Notes under the pieces: model-generated
The model's input: the letters and a program-made list of their open reading frames with translations, nothing else
Database searches by the model: none
Told to the model about the DNA's origin: nothing
Assembly: GCA_038496445.1 (NCBI GenBank)
Contig: JALMLS010000048.1
Location: 38,769-102,768, forward strand
DNA length: 64,000 nt
Source of the DNA: Trichosphaerium sp. ATCC 40318
Taxonomy: Eukaryota > Protista > Tubulinea
Direction: 5' to 3'
Shown here: positions 35,046 through 47,404 of the stretch, in pieces
Layout: every line of letters begins with the position of its first letter
Numbering within the stretch: the stretch's first letter is position 1
Program-made: the position numbers and the translations under genes

Positions 35046-38000
35046 ATGGCAAACACCAAAGGCGATAGTGAGCCTGGCACAGAGCTTTTCAAGGATGTTG
35101 GTTCCCTCGATTTTCTCGGTTTTGAGTTTAACAACAGAGCGTACAAACAACAACTCGCAGAGGCTATTCAACGCACAAATGAGTTTTGCGCTGTAAAGGT
35201 GGAGATTAAAAAAATTGGCGTACGAACCTGTTTTTTTTGTTTTTAGCACTCACAATGAGTTGTATTGTTGATACCAACGCGTATGGTGTCGTACACAAAA
35301 AAAACACTTGAGTTCGGAAGTAGAATGAAGACACTTTTTTTGCTGGACATTGAAATTGCTTACTACCCTATAATAACGTATACGTAGGACATCAAAGTGA
35401 TTTGGATGAGCCATAACTTTAAATTCATGGGTGGTTCCTTAGGTTGCGCAGAAGGTCAAAAACTAATGAAAGGTACGCGTTTTAGATAACTACAGCTCAT
35501 TTAACACTACAATACTTATTTTACCAAAAAAAGGCTTCGAATTTGCGTCAGCAAACAATATGCCAGTCGCCGTAGAAGCTAGATCTGGCGGTGCCCGTAT
35601 GCAAGGTACGAAAACATGGCGACACGTAGCAAAAAACTCGTCAAAACATTCCGTTTGCTTTCTAACTCGTTTGAAGAGGGTACCCTTGCTCTCATGCAGC
35701 TAGCTAAAGTAACTGTTGCCGTTGAGGCGCTAAGACGACGTGGTATTCCTTATATTTCTATCTGCTTAGACCCTACATACGGTGGCGTATCTGCCAGTTA
35801 CGCTATGCAAGGTGACATTAGAATTGGAATTAAAAACGCTAGAATTGGATTCGCAGGTCCAGGTATGCATTAAAGATTACCCGCTCTGTCAGTGTTTGTG
35901 TACTTAGCGTATGTAGCTGTTATTCTCAACACTGTCTACAAGATGGACCAAGAGAAATATGATAAAGAATGCCCTAGAGGTTTCCAGACTGCTGAATTTT
36001 TGCTTGAACATGGTCAACTAGATCTTGTACTTGAAGATGAAGGTAAGAGACAACAGTTGTAGCCATACAATAGTGAACAAGTTGTATTGTTCTGAAAGAC
36101 GGTTTTTTTTTGGATGAATTCTTGTTTTTGCGTTTACGCTTCAAGTACTTCACTTTTTGTTGCTTGTAAGTAACCATATTATTTAGATGCTATTGTACCA
36201 TGTGTACAAAAGATTTTGAAAGTACTATGGGAAGGTAGACAAGAGAAAGTCTTTCAGTATCCTCTTGATAAAATGTACGTTTTTTTACAGTCTTAATGTC
36301 TACAATGTAACGCTAAATAACTCCACTAGTAAGAGTTTCGGTGATTTGATAGATTTGGAACAACTTCAAGAAATCAGAGCTGAAGACTTGGATTACACTA
36401 AATCTCGCTCAGTAGACCGTTATACTCCTTTCGATGTACTCCCAAAGGTGCGTAAAATGAGTAAAAAATTACCACACACAGTTTCGCGCCGTATTTTTGT
36501 AGCATAGCCGCGAAACGTATTTTTGTTTGTTTCGTGTTTCTTATTGATTGGTTTTTTTTTGTAGATCTTTGACGACTACACCGAGTTGTTTGGTGATGGT
36601 AAAACAGCTACTTGCCCTTGTGTCCGTGGTGGTATCGCAACCATTGGCGGTAACGCTTGCTGTATTTTGGCTACATTTAAAGGACCAGACGCCAATTTCG
36701 GTATGGCATCCCCAGCTGGTTACAGAATGGTACGTGTTAATCGACAATAGCATGCAAAAACGGCTTCATGCGATTTGTTGTTCACACTTTTTTGTGTAGG
36801 GTCTTAAGGTCATGGATCTCGCTGAACGCTTTGATATCCCACTATTTACCATTATTGATACTGTGGGCGCTTATCCTTCGTTTGGTTCTGAGCTCGAAGG
36901 ACAATCTGAGGCTATCGCTACAAATCTTTCCAAGATGGCTGGTTTAAGCGTACCTATTGTCTGTGCTATCCTTGGTGAGGGTGGATCAGGTGGTGCTTTG
37001 GCTCTTGGTATTGGTGATCGTATTGCCATGCTTGAGCGCGCATACTACGCTGTTATCTCTCCTGAAGGTGCTGCAAGTATTTTAGGAAGATACACATCAG
37101 AAGAGCATAAAGCTGAACAGTTCCCAAAAGATTGCCGTTATCTTGCTACAAAACAGAAGATTTACTGCGCTGATTTGAAAGAACTTGGTGTTGTTGATGT
37201 TATTATTCGTGAATGGGTACGTTACACGAAGAAAATTGTTTCAAAGTCTCAATTAGATTTATTTTTATTTTATCTTTTCTTGAATTTTCTGATTAATGTT
37301 CATTACTTACTGATTTTGTACTAGAAAAATGAGAACAAAGACAATTGTGAACGTGTATGCAGCCAATTAAAGCAATTTTTTATCAATTCAGCTTCTCAAT
37401 TGAACGAAATCCCTGCAGAGGTACGATAGCATCTATTACAATATTTTCTGGCTCTTCAGTTATCTAAAAATGAGAATCTCAAATTATTTCTCTTTTCTTT
37501 AACTAGTTGGTCCTGACTTTATAGCTTCATATTTATTTATTTATTGTAGCAACTCATTGACAAACGTTACAAAAAATTCTCCAAAATGGGAAAATTCAGA
37601 TACGTTACACAAGATTTCGTAAAGCAAGTAATGAATGTACCTGTTACACCAAGACGCTCACGAAACAGAACAAAGGTAAGCACTTATCGTTTTTGAGTTT
37701 AAAAGGATTAGAAACTACGAGACGAGTTGTATAATATTAATTTATATTTATTTTTTTAGAGTGTTGGACCACCTTCCAAGACGCTCAAGTTCATCGCTGA
37801 CAGAACACTTAACAGTGCATATTCTACTCATCTCAACAAGCAACCACCTGGTGTTATCACTCCTACACCTGTATTGAGCCCAGAAGTCAAAGGTTGTGGT
37901 GAATACCCTAAATTGATTCTCGATAAATATCCTTCAACATTTTATCTTTTTTTTTTTTTCATAACGTGCTCTCATTGAGAAGAATATTTTCTTTAACATC

Positions 38001-41000
38001 TTTACGGATGGTCCTGATGCTGTAGTCGATTGGGTCAAAAACCAAAAGAAAGTACTCATCACTGATACTACAATGAGAGATGCTCACCAGAGTCTACTCG
38101 CTACGCGTGTTAGGACATATGATTTATTGCAAGCTGCTCCTGAAACAGCTAATGTTCTCAAAGACGCATTTTCCCTTGAAGTAAGTTCTTTTGATGATAT
38201 ATTTGTAACACTCAATACTAACCACTATTATCAAGGTATGGGGTGGTGCTACTTTTGATGTATGCTACAGATTCTTGTCTGAAAGTCCTTGGGATCGCTT
38301 GCGTCTTCTTCGCAAAAAGTAAGCGCTTTTTTTTTTCTCCTTTGCGTCTCAGTGTGTTCTTTGACGTGTTGGTCTATTGGTGATGTGTTCTTTTGCTTAT
38401 TACTTTGTTTAGGATTCCAAATGTTATGTTCCAAATGTTGTTGCGTGGAAGTAACGCTGTAGGTTATAAGAGTTACCCTGATAATGTAATCAAACAATTC
38501 GTTCAACTTGCTGCCAAGAATGGAATTGACGTTTTCCGTATATTCGATTGCTTCAATAGTATTGAACAAATGCAATTGGCTATTGATACAGTAAAAGAAT
38601 GTGGTAAAATCGCTGAAGTTGGCATGTGTTTCACAGGCAACTTTTTGAGCAAGGATGAGAAGATCTACACTCTTGATTATTACAAGAACTTGGCTAAGGA
38701 AATTACTGAAGCTGGTGCTCATATTATCGGTATCAAGGCAAGTACAATCTATTTTCGAAACCTGAAGCGGCTGGCCCCAAAAAGCTTAACTGACCGGTTT
38801 TTTGTATTTTTGAATGTCGCGAGCGTGTTGTTAATTTATTTGGTAGGATATGGCTGGTTTGATGAAGCCTCAAATGGCAAAACCTTTCGTTGAAGCAGTT
38901 AAGTCTGTTACTGACTTACCACTTCATTTCCATGCTCATAATACCTCCTCTGCTTCTCTTGCTACTGTTATTAATATGGCTGAAGCTGGATGTGATATTG
39001 TTGGTATGTTTCACGTGCCTAACTAGCTCTATTTTTGTTACTTCGTCGGTTTTCTTACTTTTTTCTGAATAGATTTGGCTATCGCTTCAATGGCTGATAC
39101 TACATCTCAACCAAGTCTTAACAGTTTCTTGGCGTCCATGGAAGGTCATGAACGTGATCCAGGTATTCCATACCTCACACTTGAAAACCTTGATTTGTTC
39201 TGGAGTCAAGTTCGTACAATTTACCAACCATTCGAGTCTGGTCTTAAATGCGGGTACGATTTACTCTTAATAACCTCCTTTTTTACCCTTTGAGAATGAA
39301 TTTAAGTACTCACGTATTATCAACTTAAACCTAGCGCTGAAAACGCTTCTAGTGCTAGTTTTTGACAACAAAACCTTGACTCACTTTTTTCTTGTTTAGT
39401 ACTGCACGTGTATACGATCATCAAATTCCAGGTGGTCAATACTCTAATCTATACTCTCAATGCAAATCCTTGGGTATCATGGACAAGTGGGATGACGTAC
39501 TTGATATGTACAGAGATGTTAACAAAATGTTTGGAGATCTCATTAAAGTCACACCGAGCAGTAAATGTGTCGGCGATAGTACGCTCTGCATTATTTCTAT
39601 ATATTTTGAAATTTTATCCTATTGTCTTTATCAACATCTAACATCATTCAGTGGCATTGTTCTTGATCAGACAAGGTCTTACCTGCAAAGACGTTGAAGA
39701 GTCCGGCGAGGTACAAGATTTTTTTTGTTTTTTTTTTCAAATGTGTTTTTATCTGTTTGTTTTTAAAAACAGTGAGTTTGAGTGATTGAATCTAATATGT
39801 GATAGACTATTGAGTATCCTGACTCAGTTGTGAACTTGTTTATGGGCCGTTTGGGTTATCCTCATCATGGTTTACCAAAAGAATTGCAAAAGAAGATTGT
39901 AAAGGAACAAGTACCTTTGACTGAGCGACCAGTACGTCTATTATACCGCGTTTTCTTTTCTGCAAAATGACACAATATTTAATAATAATCGTTCTTGTAT
40001 TAAATCATACAATAGGGTAAACTATTAGCTCCAGCTGATATCGAAGGAACAAGAAAGATGTTGAAAGAAAAATACGAAAAGAAACTTTATGATGTTGGTA
40101 GAGATCAAGTTATTGGTGATGAAGAAGTAATCAGTTACATTCTATATCCAAAGGTACGTGCCCACGGTTTCTTATGAATAAAGAGAGGCGGTATGACAAT
40201 AAACAACTTTGCTTACATTGTTTAACAAGGTCTTCGACGATTTTATGGAGTGGCAATCTGAATACGGCTGGAAAACAATGTACATCACCAGTGAATGCTT
40301 CTGGATGGGTATGCGTATTGGAGAGTCATCAACAGTATTTATTCCTGAGAAGAACAACTGCGAAGATGAGCCAGTACGTTTGAACAAAAAAAGTTTTTTG
40401 CAATTAATTAATAAGACCATGGGTTTTTCAAAACTGGAGTTAACACCACTGTGATTAGGTCAAACACGTTGTCAAACTTACACGTATTGGATCCCTTAAG
40501 GGTGACAGCGCTCAACGCACTACTGAATTCTCTGTCAACCTCGAAAAGCGTAAGGCTGTCGTAGTTGATGAATCAGCTGTTGCAATCTCGGCACCTACTA
40601 AGATGGCAGACCAAAGCGATCCAGAACAAATCCCTTCACCACTTCCTGGTTTTGTAGAAGTAATCTACTCAGGAGAAGGAAGCGAAGTCAAAAAGGTATG
40701 AGACAAAAAGACGAAGTTTTGAGGAAAAAATCACGTGATATTTTTTGTTTTATTGTTCTAAAAAATTGCTTCAGGGAGATGCTGTCATGCTTGTATCTGC
40801 TATGAAGATGGAAGTACGCGTAGTAGCACCGTTTGATGGCGTTATTTCGCACTACGAGGTCCAGGTATGTAAATCGATTTTTTTTTGATATTTTTGTGTT
40901 GTGCTCTAACAAAACGGCTTTAGGTTGGCGACAGAGTGGAGATTGGATCCCTACTTGCTATTATCAAGCCAAGGACGCTAAATATCTCTGCGTCTCAGTA

Positions 41001-41001
41001 A
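35046..41001 (+). CDS. Single-subunit biotin-dependent transcarboxylase: AccD(beta)-AccA(alpha)-pyruvate/oxaloacetate carboxyltransferase-biotinyl domain fusion
   Basis: AccD motifs [46 protein letters not shown]. AccA motifs [50 protein letters not shown]/OadA motifs [75 protein letters not shown]. Biotinyl motif AMKME. No ATP-grasp biotin carboxylase. Confidence 0.9.
37927..38005 (+). other. U12-type (minor spliceosome) AT-AC intron
   Basis: 5' site ATATCCTTC, branch-like TTCTTTAAC 8 nt before the terminal AC. Removing it restores [30 protein letters not shown], the conserved pyruvate carboxylase segment. Confidence 0.88.
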
Positions 41002-41725
41002 GCATGTGGGCTGTACAAAAAAAAACCAACATTCTAAAAAAACTTCGCTTGTTGTTTTCTTCATTCTTTTTTTTTCTTATTACCAACTGAAACACTCTGT
41101 TTTGTTTTCTTAGGCACTTGTGTTTATTTGCCCAAACAAGACAATTTTGTTTGTTTACTCCACTATCGATTCTCAACGGGTTTTTCTTTTGAACGCACGT
41201 GATACAAGCAGCAATGGTATCTATAACACAAGTGCGCGCGTTCTGTTTCTCACCAACAACCAAAAACGCTTCAAAGTAAACGAAGCAGTGCAGTAACGGC
41301 CTTCCACTCGCCAAAGAGTGCCTAACAGAGAGTATAGCAGTGCTTGGGTAACGTTGAGAGCGCAGCGAGCCCGGAAGCCACAGTACGCCGAAAAGATAGC
41401 ACTGAAAGTTTTTTTAAACAATCGTAAGAAAGCTCCGCCGGCGCTTGCTTTTAACTGTTGTGACACAGTTCAGCAAACGTTAGCCAATCAGCTTTCGGCT
41501 GTTTGCTGCCGCTGAAGTCAAATATGTCTGAAAACTGTTGAGGAACTTCAAGCTAGAAAAATACAGCGAAACCCAGAAACGCCCCAACAGTTCCGCGTTA
41601 AATCTCATGAAACGAAATACGTTTACTGAACTTATGTGAAAGATCTGCCCGAAATAAATTTGATAAAATACCCGAATCACACGTGCCAACGAAAACCGAA
41701 ACAATATCCTTAGAATCTAAACGAG

Positions 41726-42954
41726 ATGCGCATCATTTCTTTCTTTCTACTGGCATGTTTGATAGCCTCAGCAGTAGGTAATCCTCAACCACCTGCACCT
41801 GGTGAGGGTATCGACAACTTTGTCGCTAAACTACAAGAAGCTTGTGGTGTGCGTGCTAGTTCCGTTTTCTTTACTTATTTTTTAATCCTATTCAATCCTC
41901 TTTTTCTTCTCAACTGACAAGTTTTACCTTTTTAGCGTGCCGATCGTGAAGTAGTAAATGACCTTGCTGCTAAGATGATAGGCCATTTGGTAGGACCTCC
42001 AGTCGTTCTACCAACTCCAGCAGGTACGAATTTTAAACGGAGGAATATTCTCGTGACGTCATAAATTCTTGTGTTTTTCTATTCGTTTGAGACCTAAACT
42101 TCTGTAGTTGGTCCTGATGGCGACCGTAATGTCCGTCAACCAAACCCTGAAGAAGGTTTCATTGGGCTACCTGAAGGCGGAAACAACGTAATGCAAGAAA
42201 CCCAGGAGCTCTTTGGTGGATGGTACGCCGATTCGTTCTACTTTAATGTTAACTTGTGCTAGGTGTGACCAGGCCGAGCGCGCAATGAACGTACTTCGTG
42301 AGTGTCCAGCAGCTGCTGAAGCTTTCGATACATTGGCAAAAATCACTGATGTTGCTTTCAACTTCGCTCAATTGACTGTCAATCCAAACATCTTTTGGTT
42401 ACCTCAAGTACGTCTTTGTTTCCGTCACCGATTTGTTCTTGCGCTCACGTGTTTTAGGGTCAAAGTTTCCCTGTTACAAACGCTGGATTCACTCCTTTTG
42501 TATTTGGTAGAAATGGATACTTTGAAAAGTCATACGAGGGTACTATTCCAGCTGGTGGTGGCGCTTTCGTCATGAAAGAGTTCTTTGGTATTAAGGCTAT
42601 TGTTTTCCGTGATCGTATTCCAATTTATCAAGAAGCTTGGTATTCTCGCAGAAGGTACGATGCACACCTTTTCGATTTCTGTTTTCTTTGCCTACTAACA
42701 CGCTTTTGTATAGAATTATTGGATGGAAATGGATCTACTATGTACGATATGTTCCTTGCGAATACATCAAGAGTATTATCTACCAGGTAAGAGAAAAAAC
42801 CATACCAGCTTGTTTTTGTTACTTCACAGTTGTTTTATTGACTGGTCTTTAGCACACAGATACCAGCAATGCTATCTCAAGCACAATCAGACAACAAGAA
42901 GTTTGTGATACTAACCTTCTCGGATACTGGAACTACCCATTGTACCGCCATTAA
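41726..42954 (+). CDS. Secreted hypothetical protein, tandem paralog A (multi-exon)
   Basis: Signal peptide MRIISFFLLACLIASAVG; exons collinear with paralog B (KMIGHLVGPPVVLPTP, MNVLRECPAAAEAFD, IIGWKWIYYVRYVPCEYIKS); ends GYWNYPLYRH*. Confidence 0.8.
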
Positions 42955-43162
42955 ATGTACCAAGACAACAGTCATAAAATGTAATGTGACACGAATTTAT
43001 TGGAAACAAATAAATAGTAAAAAGTTTCATCACAAAAGAGAGATGCAATTGAAGTACTTTTTGTTGTTTCTAAATGAGTTTCCGCAACGTTGTATACGTT
43101 GTTTTGATACTTACATTTTCTTTACCTTCACCTATTTTCCGACGTAATTAGAAAAACATAAA

Positions 43163-43230
43163 AAAAAACACTAAAAGAAACAAAGTGGGTTAACAAACCA
43201 AAAAACACTAAAAGAAACAAAGTGGGTTAA
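43163..43230. repeat. Direct repeat, 2 x ~31 bp
   Basis: AAAAAACACTAAAAGAAACAAAGTGGGTTAA at about 43163 and 43200. Confidence 0.8.
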
Positions 43231-43620
43231 AAATACCTGTGCTTTATTTTGTTGTTCACGCTGCTCATACAAAACCAACATCGACAAACACACTCCTTTC
43301 GAAACAACTAGCGTCGCTTGCGTATCGTGCGTTTTTGGTGTTTCACTTAACCTTAACCAAACACTTTCCTTGCGTCTTGTTTAGGAACGCCGAAAAACCC
43401 GATTGTCTAGGTAATGCCCGAAACAGCGTTATGAAGCTCAACGGGTAGAAACCGAAGCCCGACATTTTTTTCCGCTCTCATGAAGTGTTTACTGAACAGA
43501 TGTGAGTCGATGAGAAGTTCGGCGAACGGCAAAGTCGGAAAAACCATGAATCACACCACGTGATTTTTTTGCGACGGTTTTTTACAGTTATGCACAAAAT
43601 CACTTCAACAATTCGACAAC

Positions 43621-44877
43621 ATGCTTCGCAGCTTATCGCTCTTGTTGGTTTTGTGCCTTGCTATAGCATTGGGAAACGAAAGAGAACCTCAGCCAGGCGT
43701 TGGTATCGAGAACTTCGCTGTTAAACTGCAAGATGCTTGTGGTGTACACTTCTTTTCCTTTTCTCTGTTCTGTCAAATAATAACTAACTTGAAAGTCTAG
43801 CGTGCTGATAGAGAAACAATAAATGATCTCGCAGGAAAGATGATAGGTCACTTGGTAGGACCTCCAGTAGTTCTACCTACTCCAAGAGGTACGAATTTTT
43901 AATACAGAGGCAATATGTGAATGAGTTGCCTTAACTTCTTTTTGGTTTCGTGACTTATTTCTAAGATTGTCACTGAATTTTTTCTAGCTGGTCCAGGAGG
44001 TGAAGATATAAATGCCATGGTATTAAATAAAACGGAGGGGTTTAGAGGCACTATAGGCGAAAACCGCGAAGTCGCCACCCTAGATGTTACTGCTATAACT
44101 CAAGAAGTATTCGGAAAATGGTGTGAACACGCAGAACTTGCGATGAACGTACTTCGTGAGTGTCCAGCTGCTGCTGAAGCCTTCGATACACTGGCAAAGA
44201 TCACTGATGTTGCTTTCAACTTCGCTCAATTGACAGTGAATCCAAATGTATTTTGGCTACCTCAAGTACGTCTTTCGTATCTTTTAGCCAGATCAATTCC
44301 CTTATTTGATTTTTTTCGTGTTGTATCTGGCGCCATTTGTTCGTACACTCACGTGTTTTAGGGTCAAAGTTTCCCTGTTACAAATGCTGGGTTCACTCCT
44401 TTTGTATTTGGTAAAAATGGCTACTTTGAAAAGTCATACGAGGGTACTATTCCAGCTGGTGGTGGCGCATACGTCATGAAAGAGTTCTTTGGTATTAAGG
44501 CTATTATCATTCGGGATCGTATTCCAATTTATCAAGAAGCTTGGTATTCTCGCAGAAGGTATGATGACGAGTATTGCCTGTCTTGATCTTTTGATTTTAT
44601 TCCTGCTTCCTCTTATCTAACACGTTTTGTACAGAATTATTGGATGGAAATGGATCTACTATGTACGATATGTTCCTTGCGAATACATCAAGAGTATTAT
44701 CTACCAGGTAAGGAAAAAACATACAAGCTTTTTTTTGTTACTTTACAGTTGTTTTATAATAACTTTCTCCTTTAGCACACAGATGCCAGCAATGCTATCA
44801 CAAGCACAATCAGACAACAAGAAGTTTGTGATACTCGCCTTCTTGGATACTGGAACTTCCCATTGTATCGTCATTAA
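43621..44877 (+). CDS. Secreted hypothetical protein, tandem paralog B (multi-exon)
   Basis: Signal peptide MLRSLSLLLVLCLAIALG; 3' exons nearly identical to paralog A; ends GYWNFPLYRH*. Confidence 0.8.
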
Positions 44878-45914
44878 CTTGTACTGCGTTGCAAGCGGAA
44901 TAAACTTCCACATTCTACCTCTTTTAAATAGGAACAAGTTGCAAAAAAGAAAAAACGAATGAAAAATTGATAGACTTCTTTGGGTACATGTTTTTATTTC
45001 AAGTAAAGATGTCCTTGTATTGAATCGTTACATCATTTGCTTCAGTCACATCGAAGCGTCCTGGAGATCTCATTTTAACTTGGTAGAAATATCTTGACCT
45101 TCCTCAGAAGGCATGGCCATTGAAAGATTGACAATACCAGTTCCAGCTTCAACATTCATTGAGTTGCTGATAGCCTTCCAGTTTATCTAGATCCACCGGT
45201 TACTCTGAAAAGAACATATAATCCTAGCACTTCGTTCAGCTTAGTAAGCAGCTCTCAAAGATATTCTGTTGACAATTGTCATTGTTTGAACTAGTTGTAC
45301 TACGTTTTCGTTAAGGTTAGGCATATTGTGGTGTTGAAGTAGTTTAAGTTAAGTTCTCTTGATTTGAAGTGATTCTAACAATGCGAACTCCTGGAGTTGA
45401 ATTTGCCGAGACAAACTTCAGCGTTGGCCCAGCTTTGCCATCGGTCAGCAGCATCGAATGAAACTTTGCTGGTGCGATCGTTGACAAGGACAATTACAGA
45501 TTTTTCTACGTTGCCATTAGCAGCAACACGAAGTACAATCTTGTAGGTGTATGAGAATGTAGTATGACAACAAGGTTGGTTAGTTGGAGATAATCGGCAA
45601 TACAAACTTACAAAATGAACTGGCTTTCGCCAACTAAAATCATGTATTGTTGACTGAAACCGATAAAATTCAATTAGTACACGTGCTCAATAGTTTGGTA
45701 ACGAATGTACTAAAAGTTGTTTTGAAATGCTTATTGTTGTGGCTTAACTGTTTACTTAATAGCCAGTTCCACTAAAGTGCAACATCATCAGTTGCTGTCC
45801 GTCTCATACAAATGCTTTCTCATACTCAACAACAAAGTGATGGGTTTGGTTTCTTCAAGAACGAAAACAATTTACCTTCGGCATCTAAAATACCTAAACC
45901 AGTGCTATGGAGTA

Positions 45915-47323
45915 TGGATTTTACTTGCCTTATCTATAACAGCAATCAAAAGATAAGTACGTATGCTTTGTAGAGAGTTTTAGCGGTTTTTCTGTTTTTG
46001 CAATAAACGTATAACGAACCGTTTTTTTTTGCACTGCCGCTGCCTTTTTATTCTATATGAACTGCAATCTAGATGTAAACTCAATTGACAGCCTTGTCCT
46101 TGATAAAACAGTTCATTTTCAAACAAAATATGGTAAGATAATGCAAGAATACCATAAAGCTCAGCAGCACCGCATCACGTACAATAGCAAACCTTCGCAT
46201 AATTTTGAAATCTAACAAGCTAAAGACTTGCACAACACAGAATTGCATTGTTCATTAGAACATGGCTTTGCTACTATCCTTCTCACTTCATAGGATACGA
46301 TGAGAAGAAAGACTATTTCGAAAACATAGCTCGCCACTTTAACTTAGAAGTATACAGCTCACCACCGAGCAAGGTGCTCTTAGTTTTGCAACAAACACAT
46401 GACATGTTTAGGACGGAAAGAAGTCAATGGCACGTAATATAGATGAACTATATGAGATATTGTCAATATCTCCTGGCCGTATTGAACCTGTGTACATACT
46501 TTTATTTGTACAAAATGTCTCACCCATCTTTGTAGATCTTCAGGATTAGGTATTAGTGATGACGGTTTACAGAAAGGAGCGGACAACAGTATCACAAATA
46601 GTCAGCTTTTTCCTAAACGATACCCACCTCCTATAACAGCTCCACCACCTGTTCCAAAGTTAAGAAGGAAAGAACGGTTTATCAACACCGGACAAAAACC
46701 CCATGAACAGGAAGGAATGAAGCTAGCTGAGAAAAAAGTACGTATTGATGTTCCCACTGGTCAGGATGACTCTTTGGTTACTCTATATGTGCGTACGATT
46801 TTTTCGACAATTCATTAACTGTTCTTGTTCAGAAGCGCTCTCCCAAGAGGCTGTCAGGAATGATCAGTAGCTTAAAACTTAATTTTGCTACTAAGAAAAA
46901 AGACAGAACTGTCAAAAAAGGAGGCAGCGCTAGAGAAGTCAGGTAATATGTTTTTTTAGAAGGATTAACCTTATGCGTTTCATCTAAGGTCAAATAAGAT
47001 TTATAGCGATAGCGCTGTTCGAAGTAAGTCAACGTTTGTAGATGAGATGGTATGCCACACCTGTCGTTTTAAGTATTTAACTTCGAACAGCAACCAGCTT
47101 CACCAGTTAGTAGTGCGAGAAGGCCTAGACGTAGAAGAAAGAGTATGAGTATTGTAAGAAGAATGAAACTGAATAGTGGAGATAAGGATGCTAAGGCGAC
47201 CAAAAAAGGAGCGCCTGTTGAGAAAAAAGAAAGTAAAGAACCAAAAAAGAAAGTATCGGGTAGGAAGCATCCAAAGGAAACCTTGAATGTCGAAGATGAT
47301 ACACATAAAAACTCTTTAAGATA
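45915..47323 (+). CDS. Probable spliced hypothetical protein with a Lys/Arg-rich C-terminus (boundaries uncertain)
   Basis: Exon-like pieces flanked by GT/AG (MDFTCLIYNSNQKI, TWLCYYPSHFIGYDEKKDYFENIARHF, RRRKSMSIVRRMKL...KKEPKKKV); no family recognised. Confidence 0.4.
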
Positions 47324-47404
47324 AATCATTATCGAACGATATCGAAACGAGCATTGATAGAATAAAGGACCAAAGGAATGAAATGAGTTTTATTTTTTTC
47401 ACTG

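Noticed and set aside
44997-45810. Minus-strand exon-like fragments (IVLRVAANGNVEKSVIVLVND...; INWKAISNSMNVEAGTG...)
   Set aside because: In-frame stops, a frameshift and no recognisable domain; not supportable as a gene without transcripts.
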